From a virus, in the IMG/VR virus record IMGVR_UViG_3300013232_000036, positions 1 through 32,000 of that record: DNA of 32,000 nt. One strand, written 5' to 3'. Shown here in pieces: positions 15,225 through 23,731 of the stretch. The position numbers and the translations under genes are program-made. The notes beneath the pieces are model-generated. The model was not told where the DNA came from. It did no database searches and was given only the letters and a program-made list of their open reading frames with translations. Numbering within the stretch: position 1 is the stretch's first letter; each line of letters opens with the position of its first letter.

Positions 15225-16298
15225 TCAGCTTGTTTTCAAATCAGATGCTGCGATCGGTCCGGCAGGTGGTCCGGCGGTTGGCGGCCCAGTGGGCGCTCCG
15301 GGGGATGTGGTCGGGTGGAGATGGCCTTTCACCCACGTCTCGAACATCTGCGTCGCCATCACAACAGGGTTCGTAGCACTTCCGACATCGAGCTTGTCCT
15401 TGATGGTGACCTTGGAGGCCTGCAGCTTCATCGTGGCCTGAGTCACGATCTCCACTGCCTGGTCGACCGTCAGCTTCATGGTCTTGGAGATCTGAGCCGT
15501 CAGTGCATCCTTGAACTTGAAGTCCGCCTCTTTCCCTACCTCGACCGTCAGCTTCCCTTCGATCTTCCAGACGACATCCTTCTTCACTTCCCAGGTGACG
15601 TTGCCTTCCTTGTCGATCTTGAGGCTGATCTTGTCGGCAGCCCCGTCCGCACCTGAAGCCTTGATTGTAAGGCTCAGGATAGTCGGGTCATTGTCCCCGT
15701 GGGAACCGATTTCCAGAGAGGCGATGGGATGGGGATCGTCTGCGAACTCTCTCGCATTCAGGGTCAAGAGAGCAGGCCGGTGCCCGTCTGTCGTGCTCTC
15801 TGGCCTTGCGATCGTCCATTCCAGGTCACCGCCAAGAGTGTGAAGACCGTAGTTCTCGCAGTAGTCCTTGATGGTGTTGTTGATGGGCAAGAACATCCGC
15901 TGGCAGAGACCAGTCCCGCCGATCTGCACCACCCCACCTCTTCGCAAGATGAGGAAGTTCTCGTCTCGGGTCCCCATCCAGATGTCGCCAGGGTTGAGGT
16001 CTTGGCGGTGAGCTCGGAACTTGTCCGTACCCTCTACCTCAGGAGCTCCCCACGCCAAGACGAAGGGCATGTTCCCGTCAGAGGGTTCGCACACCCAGCA
16101 GACAGACCCCACCTCCGGCATGAAGTAGATGCCCTCTCCGTTGTAGGAGTGCATGTACGGCACGGCGAAGGCGATGTCCGTCAGAGGGTTCGGCAAGAAC
16201 TGAGAGGCCACTGAGACGGAGTACTGGGCGATGTTCACGTCCAAGATCTTGGCCGTGTAGACCGCTGCAGACCCCTTCGAGTTCTTGACCGGAGGCAT
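15225..16298 (-). CDS. central spike / baseplate protein V-like (P2 gpV, Mu gp45, T4 gp5 type)
   Basis: N-terminal OB-like region (PGDIWMGTRDENFLILRRGGVVQIGG). Beta-helix-like repeats (KISLKIDKEGNVTWEVKKDVVWKIEGKLTVEVGKEADFKFKD). C-terminal tip GHLHPTTSPGAPTGPP, with H-x-H at nt 15315-15323. Confidence 0.5.
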   Translation of the reverse strand: MPPVKNSKGSAAVYTAKILDVNIAQYSVSVASQFLPNPLTDIAFAVPYMHSYNGEGIYFMPEVGSVCWVCEPSDGNMPFVLAWGAPEVEGTDKFRAHRQDLNPGDIWMGTRDENFLILRRGGVVQIGGTGLCQRMFLPINNTIKDYCENYGLHTLGGDLEWTIARPESTTDGHRPALLTLNAREFADDPHPIASLEIGSHGDNDPTILSLTIKASGADGAADKISLKIDKEGNVTWEVKKDVVWKIEGKLTVEVGKEADFKFKDALTAQISKTMKLTVDQAVEIVTQATMKLQASKVTIKDKLDVGSATNPVVMATQMFETWVKGHLHPTTSPGAPTGPPTAGPPAGPIAASDLKTS

Positions 16299-16310
16299 CA
16301 GCTACCTCTC

Positions 16311-16370
16311 CTAGTACACATGCTTCTTCGAGTCAGCCGGCGGCTTCCCGAACTCGGCACCGTACGCCAT
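16311..16370 (-). CDS. possible 19-codon micro-ORF (MAYGAEFGKPPADSKKHVY)
   Basis: GAGGA lies 5 nt upstream of ATG 16370-16368. It fills the only gap in this operon. Too short to support further. Confidence 0.2.
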   Translation of the reverse strand: MAYGAEFGKPPADSKKHVY

Positions 16371-16378
16371 ACCAGTCC

Positions 16379-16696
16379 TCACTTCACCACCTTCAGTCCG
16401 TACCCAAAGGTCTTCCCAAGGGCTTTCCTCAAAGGCTCTGTCATCTCGGTGGCAGTTCGTCCGGCAAATGCCCTCTGACGGTTGATTTTCGCAGCATGAT
16501 CGTACTTGTGCGCTGGAAGCTTGTTGTTCTCAACGGCCTTCTTCGCAGCCTGGAATTGGAGGCGGTTTCCGAAGTTCACACCCTTCTTGATCGATGCACC
16601 CTCAACACCACTCCGCACACGCTTCTCGATCCACTCGTCGGAAACAGCAATCTTCTCCAGTTCATCGACAAATGCGGAAACAGTGATTTCGTTCAT
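16379..16696 (-). CDS. leader-motif protein A (105 aa)
   Basis: N-terminus MNEITVSAFVDELEKIAVS (motif at nt 16646-16672). Its start overlaps the HNH stop (ATGA). GC is lower than the surroundings. Confidence 0.65.
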   Translation of the reverse strand: MNEITVSAFVDELEKIAVSDEWIEKRVRSGVEGASIKKGVNFGNRLQFQAAKKAVENNKLPAHKYDHAAKINRQRAFAGRTATEMTEPLRKALGKTFGYGLKVVK

Positions 16697-17265
16697 GACG
16701 AGCTCCTTGAGAAATCAGCTACGAGACAGCACCACTTCACAAAGTCTTCTTGTTTCAAGGAAGTCTTCATGAAGTTGAGAGTTGCGTGCACCCACTGCAC
16801 ATTTCCCTCTTCGTAGCCCTTGGAGCTGTCGATGCGATCAAGGGACGCAGACGAGGCTCCTGCGGCCATGCTGTTGGGTGAGAGAGCGAGTGGGAGTCCC
16901 GAAAGAGCGCACTTCTTGTTCTGCTTCAGGAACAGTTCCCAAGCGTACTGAATAGTGATCTTGAACGACTGGCCACGATGCTTAGCCCTCGCCATGATTC
17001 CACGAAACTTGGTGCTTGAGAGGTCACCGACGCCTCTGTACTTCGAGCTTCGGTTTCTCTTTCGAAAGCATCCGCATGAACGTGGAGCCTGGCCATCACG
17101 TCTTGGTTTCTTCACGATGTCGGACAGAGCCATCGTCTGCTCCTTCCCACATCGACACTTCACGAGCCAAATGACCCCGTACCGACTTCGATCTTCGGTT
17201 GGGCGCACCGCAGTCAAGTATCCAAACTCTTGACCGGTAATGTCTCTTGCAGGATTCGGCATCAC
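16693..17265 (-). CDS. HNH homing-type endonuclease
   Basis: SLDRIDSSKGYEEGNVQWVHATLNFMK is an HNH/His-Me finger block. N-terminal GQEFGYLTAV...WLVKCRCG is typical of phage HNH proteins. GC is visibly lower and third-position G/C bias is weak. Starts 5 nt after the RNAP stop. Confidence 0.8.
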   Translation of the reverse strand: MMPNPARDITGQEFGYLTAVRPTEDRSRYGVIWLVKCRCGKEQTMALSDIVKKPRRDGQAPRSCGCFRKRNRSSKYRGVGDLSSTKFRGIMARAKHRGQSFKITIQYAWELFLKQNKKCALSGLPLALSPNSMAAGASSASLDRIDSSKGYEEGNVQWVHATLNFMKTSLKQEDFVKWCCLVADFSRSSS

Positions 17266-17270
17266 TGACC

Positions 17271-20200
17271 TCAGTAAGCGTAAGGCTTCTTAGCCTTGAT
17301 CTCTGGCGGCGGGAGGCCGAATTCCGAGCCCCGTGCCATGCCTGCGATGGGGTGCGAGCCGTGGAGATCCGACTTCAGGCCCTGGGCGGCAGCCTGCTGA
17401 AGAGTCGTGTGGAGCTCTTGGTAGTTGAGACGGCCCATCCAGTTGGGAGACTGAGACGGGATCTCGGTGATGCCCTTGAGGATGGACTCGTGCTCGATGG
17501 GCTTCTTCCCCTTCGGGAGGTTCCGGTTGAACTCCTCGACCACCGAGAGAGGGGCGACGTCTCCGTGGATGTAGTCGCTGTGCCCAGGGTCCTTGACCTT
17601 CGTGAGGTTGGTGAGTGCCCGGACCACCACCTCGATGTTGCGCCGGCGTACGCCAGACTTCGCGTAGAGCAGATTGAGCTCGTTGGTGAGGTAGTTCTGC
17701 ACCGCGTGGATGTCCTTGGTGGTGCTGAGGAGCTCCAGCGGGTTGATGTGACCGCCTGAGAGCATCTCTCCCCTCTTCACCTCGTCCCCCACCTTGAGGG
17801 CTGGGTTCACCAGGGTGCTCTTCACCAGGTGGGCCTCACCGTTGATGACGATGTTCACACCACCGGTCGGGTCCTTGTGGATGTCGGTGATCTTGCCGGT
17901 CGTCTTCGAGATGGTGGCCTGGTTCTTGAGAGTCCTCGGCATGCCCACGATCTGCTTGAGGCGGGTGAACATGTCGACCGAGCCAGCGCCTGCACCACTG
18001 GCGACACCACCGGAGTGGAAGGCGTTCATGGCGAGCTGAGCCGCCGGCTCACCGAGAGACTGCCCAGCCAGGACACCGATGTTGGTGCCGATGTCGTGGT
18101 TGTCACCCCTCTCGTTGAGGCCGAAGCACTTGGCGCAGATGCCGTCTCCGTGCTGGCACTTCAGCGGCGAGCGGACCAAGACCTTCTGGTCCTTCAGCTT
18201 GGCCGTGATGGCAGGGGTGAGAAGAGTCCCCTCCTTCACCGTCACACCGTCCTTGAGCTTGTACGGGGCCGCCAGGTAGCGATCGTGGATGTCCGGGTGG
18301 GTGGTGTCGAGGAGAACGCCTTGGTTCGTCTTGCAGTCCGCCGACGTGATGAGGGTGCCCATCGTCGTGTTCAGGATGTCCTTCGAGACCGCTCCTGGGT
18401 CTGAGGTACCTGAGGCACGCTGCAGCGTTCCCTTTCGAGCTCCGTGCTGGGTGAGCCAGTACTCGCCGAGGTCCAGGCCCTCCGAGAAGGACTTGGTCAC
18501 GGGGGTCGTGATGGTGCGGTTCAGGGAGTCCTGCACCAGCATCGGAGCCGCCACCATCTGGCGGAGCTGTTCTGGCTTGCCACGGGCACCGGTGAAGACC
18601 ATGCGACCGATGCGGTTGTCGCTGTGGTTCCAGCGGGCCTTGGCAGCCTCTTCCAGCTTCGAGGTGGCACCGGTGTAGATCTCGACGAGCTTCTTCTCCA
18701 GAGCAGGGCCAGGCTTCAAACTCCTGGCGGCCTCCTCGGCCTTCTTCTTGGCGTCGGCGAGGATGCCGTCGCGCTCTGGGAGGACAGCGAAGTCCTTCAG
18801 ACCGAAGGAGGAGCCCAGCTTGTAGGCGTACTCGTTGCCCAGGTCCTTCAGACCGTCCACCGCCTTGGAGAACTGGGCGACGTGGTTCTTCGCCAGCTTG
18901 CCGGCGATCTCGTCTCGCAGGAACTTCTTGGTCACGTCCAGCTTGGGATCGTGAAGGATGTCCTTGTTCTTCGGGAAGCCGGACGGCATGTGCTCGGCGA
19001 ACAGCAGCCGTCCCATGGTGGTCTCAGGAGCTCCCTGCAGCTTGATGACATCCGTCGGACCGATGTCGTGCTTGGCCAGGGCCTTCTTGGCCTCGTCGAT
19101 GGTGGCGAAGGACTTCCCAGACGCCTTCCCCCACTGGGTGAGGTAGTGCAGGCCGAGGATCTGCTCCTGGTCGAGGTTGTACATCACCTCTCCGGAGGTC
19201 GGGCTGAAGAGGTTCCTCGACGGCATCATCTTCTTCACTTCTTCTACAGCCGCCTGAGAGATGGGGACCGTCACGGCCATCGTGTCGCCGTCGAAGTCGG
19301 CGTTGAAGCCACCGCAGACCAGCGGGTGGATCTGGATGGCCTTGCCCTCGACGAGCTTGGGCCAGAAGCCCTGCACAGCGAACTTGTGCAAGGCAGGGTC
19401 ACGCTTGAGGGCCACCGGGCGGGATTCCACAACCTTTTCGAGGGCTTTCTGAGCCAGCGAGGAGTCCTTCTTGATCTCCTCCTGTGCAGGAAGCATCGAC
19501 ACGCCCCAGCGACCGAGCTGTGCCACGACGAAGGGCTTGTACATCTCCATGGCCGCCCCACGAGGCAGACCCACTTGGTCGATGTGCAGTGCCGGCTCCG
19601 GGATGATGGTGGACCGCATCGAGAGGTCCAGCTTCCTCTTCACCAGCTTGCTCTGGAAGTAGCCCTCCTTCGGCTGCTCCCCCTCACCGCTTCCGATGAC
19701 GTCGAGGATGCCCTTGAGAGCGCGTGAGCCCTTCTGGTCCATGTCGTAGACCGGCTTGAAGTTGCCGACCGACTGCATCGCCTTCACTGCGTCCCAGAGC
19801 TGCAGGTGCAGAGGGTTCTTGTGCTCGTCCGAGAAGGTCTTCGAGTCGAAGTTCTTGAGCTGATCGTTGACGAGGGAGATGTTCTTGTAGAGGCCGTTCA
19901 ACGGGGCGTAGTTCACGTCCCCGCCAGGAGTCGGAGTGGCTGGGCGGAACTTCGGCGGGATGACAGGGATGTTGTGGAGGATGTAGGCCTCCGCAGGGGT
20001 GAGGCCCTGGTCCTTCAGCGCCAGCAGGTACTTCAGCTTCTTGTTGGCGCGATCGAGAGGGGCAGCCTGCAGCTTCGGGAGCTCCACCTTCAGCTTGCTG
20101 ATCTCCTTCTCGACGTCCACCTTCTTGAGGGCGTGTTCGATGGCAGCACCGCCGGTCTTCCCGTCGATGGTGCGCTTGCCGTTCATCACCTCGTCGAGCT

Positions 20201-23200
20201 CCTTGAGCTTCAGCCCGAGGAGCACAGGCACTGGGCCAGGCTTGACGTTCTCACCGCAGAAGATGGGGTTCGGCACGGGCTCCGAGAGCCGCATGAAGGA
20301 CCACTTGTCCCCGTCGAGACCTCCAGTGATGGTCGGGTCGAAGAGACCGCCTGGCACTGGCTTGAGGTTCTTCGAGAGGATGGTCTTGCTGCCGTCCTTG
20401 ATCTCGTTCCGGCCGTTGCCTGCCTGGGCGAGGATCTGCTTGTTGGTGACTGGCACCAGGCGGAGAGCTGTGCCCTCACGCGAGATGTTCACCCCAGCGC
20501 CACGGAGGAGAGCCGTGAACTTGTTGTAGGCGAAGGACGGGACAGGGGGAGGCGGCTCGTGCCCCTGCTGCACCATCGACCAGAAGTTCATGTCCTGCAT
20601 GTCGGACTTGTAGGTCGTCATCTCCCGGATGTTGGCTCGGGCGTCGTGACCCAGCAGGGCGTACATCTCCAGAGCTCCGAAGCCCTGACCACCACGCTCA
20701 CCACCACGGGTGGGCTGCTTGTCGATGTCGTACGGGAGGCCTCGACCCTGCACGTCGGTGCCACCGCCACGAGCTGAGAGCTTCTTCTCGACCTGCTGGA
20801 CCAGCTTCAGCAGGTACTGCGGACCGACCAGCACAGAGCCCAGAGCCTTCTTCGGGTCGTGTGGATCGAAGACCGTCTCCTCGTCGTGAAGACCAGCCTT
20901 CTTCAGGTCGTCCAACACCTGCTGCCGGTAGTCGTTGTTGGGCCCGGCGAAGTTGTTGACGATGTACGGCTTGCCGGTCTTCTCGGCGATCTTCGCAGCA
21001 GCCGTCTCCAGCACCTGCCCCAGGTTCATACGGGTGGGGACGCCGGAGGGGTTCAGCAGGACCTGCAGTGGGCGCTTCTCACCGGTCGCAGGATCGACCG
21101 TAAACGGCATCTCGTGGTCGGGGAGGATCTGCGTGATGATGCCCTTGTTGCCGTGGCGGCCGGCCATCTTGTCGCCGATGACGGCCTGCTCCTCCGTCTT
21201 CACGTAGATCTTCACGCCGCGACCAGAGGGCTCCCTCACGACCTTGGTGACGATGCCGGCGTGGTCCTCGTCCCACACCATGCTCTTGTCCTTGTACGGC
21301 TGGATGGCCCTCTTCCCGAGAGCACCCCAGGCGTGAGTCAGCTTGGTGGAGGGGTTCTTCCCGATGGCGGCCACCAGGACCTGGCCTGGCAGCACCTTCG
21401 TGCCGGGCTTGACGATGCCGTCGTCGCCGATGTTGTCCCACTGCTCCTTCGACATCTTCGAGGCCCGGACGATAGAGTAGGCCTTGAACTTGGTCTTGGA
21501 GACGTGGTCCGTGTCCGGGTCGATCTCCATCCCCTTCTTGTAGAGGTGCTCGGAGGTCAGCTTCTTGGCGGCGCTCTCCGAGATGACGATGCCGTCCTCG
21601 AAGTTGTAGCCCTTGTACGGGATGTAGCCGACGCGAAGGTTGGTGCCGATCGACAGAGCCCCACCCTTGGTGAAGTTCGTATCGGCCATCACCTGGCCCT
21701 TGGTCACCGTGTCCCCGGCCTTCACCAGGAGCTCGGAGTGCAGCATTCCCTTGGGGTCGTTGAGGGGGAAGTGGTTGTAGAGGTGGGCCTCGGTCTTCCC
21801 ATCCTTCCCCTGGATGTGGATCTTGTCGTCCTTGATGGCGGTGATCTTCCCGTCCACCGGGGCGTTGGCAGTCGTGAAGTGGCCGATGAGTTTCTCGAAG
21901 GTGTGGTTCGGATCCTTCGAGTCCGTCTTGGTCTGCACCAGCGGCGGCTCGCGGAACTTCAGGCCGATGGACTGCTCCATCTGCTTGTCGGCCATGGAGA
22001 CGCGGTTGCCGTTGTTGCACGGCAGGAACGGCACCATGTTCGAGGCGTAGTTGAAGAGGCCCTTCGCGGAGGGCATCACGAACTGGGCCTCCGTGAACGG
22101 GCGGATGGCGATCTCACCGTCCGGGAGCTTGACCTTCACGTTCTTGGCGACCGGAATGGGCTTGCCGTTCTCCCAGGTGACCTGGTCTGGGAGCACTGCC
22201 GTCATCGCGTGAAAGTCGGCGACCTTGAGGTACTGATCCTTGCCGGTCTTCAGGTTGTAGACCGGAGCCTCCAGGTCCTTCCCGTTCTTCTGTACGTTGG
22301 CAGCGAGGTGCAGGGTGATGCCGGTCTTCTCGGACTCCGGCGTGTGCATCGGATCGAGGAAGCCGAAGTGGCTGGCGTTCACCGCCTGCATCTCTGGCGT
22401 GAGGTGCTGGGTGCTCTTGATGCCGCCGAGGCTCGGGGCCATCAGCGTCGTCTTGCGATGGGCCGAGAGCATCTGCAGCGGGTTCGTCTGGTCGGAGCGC
22501 TCCGACACACCACCACCCTTGGTGAAGAACTCACGGATGGGGCGGTTGAAGATGTCAGGGGAGAGGATCTCACCGATGGTCTTCTTGTTGTCCACCGTCT
22601 GGCGCAGACGCCCTTTGATGTTCTTGGCGTTGCGGTCGATCATCAGCGGGATGAAGTCCTCGACGGACCAGACCTCCTTGAAGGCCAGGCTGTCACGGTC
22701 GTCAGGCTGGTGAGTCCCACGGGCCACTCCAAGAACCTTCACGGCTCCAAGGGCCAGGGCCTCACCGTTCACCTTGTCGAAGGACTTGCCCAGGGTCACC
22801 TTGGTGGTGTCCGGACGGATGATGGTCTTGTCGAAGATCTCGTTGACGTGCTTCGCGTAGTCGCCGACATCCTTCGGCTGAGGAGCGCCGTCTTCGGTGG
22901 TGCGGGCCCAGAAGTCGTGCAGGGACTTCTGGAACTTCGCGTCGTTCTTCGGCTTGTTGGCGGCGAAGATCTCCTTGCCCCACTGGTGCTCAAGCTGGTC
23001 GTCAGAGACGCCCAGGGACTTGAGGATGGGGTAGAGGGGGAGGTGGGCGCTGTCGAGCTTGAGGGAGAACTTCTTGGTGAGTCGATCGAGCTTCACCGAG
23101 AAGCCACGCCCGTCGATGCCCTTCTCCATGTTGTACTCGGTCTCCAGGTCACCGTTCTCCTGGACGCGAGTGTAGGCCCCGGACTTGAGGCGGAAGAGGT

Positions 23201-23540
23201 GATCGATCTGGTACTCGTTGCCTCCGACGATGTAGCCGTACCTGTTGGTCAGCTTGGGAAGCCGAGCGAGGACGGCTCCCTTCTTCGAGTCCACCACCTT
23301 GCCGGTGACGGTGTCGATGAGCTTGATGTCGCCCTTGACCGGGGCACCCCAGGTGCCCTCCTTGTCCTTGGCTTCTGCCTGACTGGCGATGTCGTCGTGC
23401 GCCAGCTTGTCGTCGACCCGGAGGTTCTCAACGACGAGGCGCTGCTTCTGACCCTCCCAGGGGAAGTAGGCCTGGATGGCCTTCATCGCGTTGTTCTTGA
23501 GGAGATCGAAAGACTTCTCTGGAGTCAGGCCGTCATTCAT
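17271..23540 (-). CDS. fused RNA polymerase beta / beta-prime (rpoB-rpoC-like single chain, 2,089 aa)
   Basis: Beta blocks: FLDPMHTPESEKTG, NRVSMADKQMEQS, GYNFEDGIVISE, GRHGNKG (residues 794-800, nt 21141-21161), LLNPSGVPTRMNLGQVLE, GGERGGQGFGALEMYAL. Beta-prime blocks: MRLSEPVPNPIF, IPVIPPKFRP, KRKLDLSMRSTIIP, ALKRDPALHKFAVQGF, HPLVCGGFNADFDGD (nt 19284-19304), GARKGTLQRASG, GEPAAQLAMNAFHSGG, CQHGDGICAKCFG. The junction is near residue 1025 (about nt 20470). Confidence 0.95.
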   Translation of the reverse strand: MNDGLTPEKSFDLLKNNAMKAIQAYFPWEGQKQRLVVENLRVDDKLAHDDIASQAEAKDKEGTWGAPVKGDIKLIDTVTGKVVDSKKGAVLARLPKLTNRYGYIVGGNEYQIDHLFRLKSGAYTRVQENGDLETEYNMEKGIDGRGFSVKLDRLTKKFSLKLDSAHLPLYPILKSLGVSDDQLEHQWGKEIFAANKPKNDAKFQKSLHDFWARTTEDGAPQPKDVGDYAKHVNEIFDKTIIRPDTTKVTLGKSFDKVNGEALALGAVKVLGVARGTHQPDDRDSLAFKEVWSVEDFIPLMIDRNAKNIKGRLRQTVDNKKTIGEILSPDIFNRPIREFFTKGGGVSERSDQTNPLQMLSAHRKTTLMAPSLGGIKSTQHLTPEMQAVNASHFGFLDPMHTPESEKTGITLHLAANVQKNGKDLEAPVYNLKTGKDQYLKVADFHAMTAVLPDQVTWENGKPIPVAKNVKVKLPDGEIAIRPFTEAQFVMPSAKGLFNYASNMVPFLPCNNGNRVSMADKQMEQSIGLKFREPPLVQTKTDSKDPNHTFEKLIGHFTTANAPVDGKITAIKDDKIHIQGKDGKTEAHLYNHFPLNDPKGMLHSELLVKAGDTVTKGQVMADTNFTKGGALSIGTNLRVGYIPYKGYNFEDGIVISESAAKKLTSEHLYKKGMEIDPDTDHVSKTKFKAYSIVRASKMSKEQWDNIGDDGIVKPGTKVLPGQVLVAAIGKNPSTKLTHAWGALGKRAIQPYKDKSMVWDEDHAGIVTKVVREPSGRGVKIYVKTEEQAVIGDKMAGRHGNKGIITQILPDHEMPFTVDPATGEKRPLQVLLNPSGVPTRMNLGQVLETAAAKIAEKTGKPYIVNNFAGPNNDYRQQVLDDLKKAGLHDEETVFDPHDPKKALGSVLVGPQYLLKLVQQVEKKLSARGGGTDVQGRGLPYDIDKQPTRGGERGGQGFGALEMYALLGHDARANIREMTTYKSDMQDMNFWSMVQQGHEPPPPVPSFAYNKFTALLRGAGVNISREGTALRLVPVTNKQILAQAGNGRNEIKDGSKTILSKNLKPVPGGLFDPTITGGLDGDKWSFMRLSEPVPNPIFCGENVKPGPVPVLLGLKLKELDEVMNGKRTIDGKTGGAAIEHALKKVDVEKEISKLKVELPKLQAAPLDRANKKLKYLLALKDQGLTPAEAYILHNIPVIPPKFRPATPTPGGDVNYAPLNGLYKNISLVNDQLKNFDSKTFSDEHKNPLHLQLWDAVKAMQSVGNFKPVYDMDQKGSRALKGILDVIGSGEGEQPKEGYFQSKLVKRKLDLSMRSTIIPEPALHIDQVGLPRGAAMEMYKPFVVAQLGRWGVSMLPAQEEIKKDSSLAQKALEKVVESRPVALKRDPALHKFAVQGFWPKLVEGKAIQIHPLVCGGFNADFDGDTMAVTVPISQAAVEEVKKMMPSRNLFSPTSGEVMYNLDQEQILGLHYLTQWGKASGKSFATIDEAKKALAKHDIGPTDVIKLQGAPETTMGRLLFAEHMPSGFPKNKDILHDPKLDVTKKFLRDEIAGKLAKNHVAQFSKAVDGLKDLGNEYAYKLGSSFGLKDFAVLPERDGILADAKKKAEEAARSLKPGPALEKKLVEIYTGATSKLEEAAKARWNHSDNRIGRMVFTGARGKPEQLRQMVAAPMLVQDSLNRTITTPVTKSFSEGLDLGEYWLTQHGARKGTLQRASGTSDPGAVSKDILNTTMGTLITSADCKTNQGVLLDTTHPDIHDRYLAAPYKLKDGVTVKEGTLLTPAITAKLKDQKVLVRSPLKCQHGDGICAKCFGLNERGDNHDIGTNIGVLAGQSLGEPAAQLAMNAFHSGGVASGAGAGSVDMFTRLKQIVGMPRTLKNQATISKTTGKITDIHKDPTGGVNIVINGEAHLVKSTLVNPALKVGDEVKRGEMLSGGHINPLELLSTTKDIHAVQNYLTNELNLLYAKSGVRRRNIEVVVRALTNLTKVKDPGHSDYIHGDVAPLSVVEEFNRNLPKGKKPIEHESILKGITEIPSQSPNWMGRLNYQELHTTLQQAAAQGLKSDLHGSHPIAGMARGSEFGLPPPEIKAKKPYAY

Positions 23541-23613
23541 CTGATCTCACCTTGCGACGTTGGAGAGGCTCTTCCATCCGGGGTCCTACCTCCGCGCAAC
23601 AGAGGTTCTCGGG

Positions 23614-23634
23614 CCTTGTCGGACATCGACAAGG
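23614..23634. repeat. perfect 8-bp inverted repeat CCTTGTCG-gacat-CGACAAGG (operator- or hairpin-like) upstream of the RNAP gene
   Basis: Arms at 23614-23621 and 23627-23634 are exact reverse complements. Overlaps the candidate -10 element of the minus-strand promoter. Confidence 0.7.
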
Positions 23635-23659
23635 TACAGCGATGGTGCAGAGGGGTCAA
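23631..23659 (-). promoter_or_regulatory. candidate sigma70-type promoter (TTGACC-N17-TACCTT) for the RNAP gene
   Basis: Minus-strand TTGACC at 23659-23654 and TACCTT at 23636-23631, about 90 nt upstream of ATG 23540. Weak -10, so low confidence. Confidence 0.3.
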
Positions 23660-23731
23660 CGAAAGTGACCTGAGTCTAGGCATAAGACTGTAGAGACCGC
23701 AGACCGCGTGCTCTCATCAAAGGAGCTTTTC

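Noticed and set aside
20859-23693. 944-aa plus-strand ORF, and other long ORFs antisense to the RNAP gene (18444-19727, 19806-20777)
   Set aside because: These are shadow ORFs typical of high-GC DNA. Their products are L/V/G/R/D-rich low-complexity sequence with no motifs, and they lie entirely opposite an ORF with unmistakable RNAP motifs.
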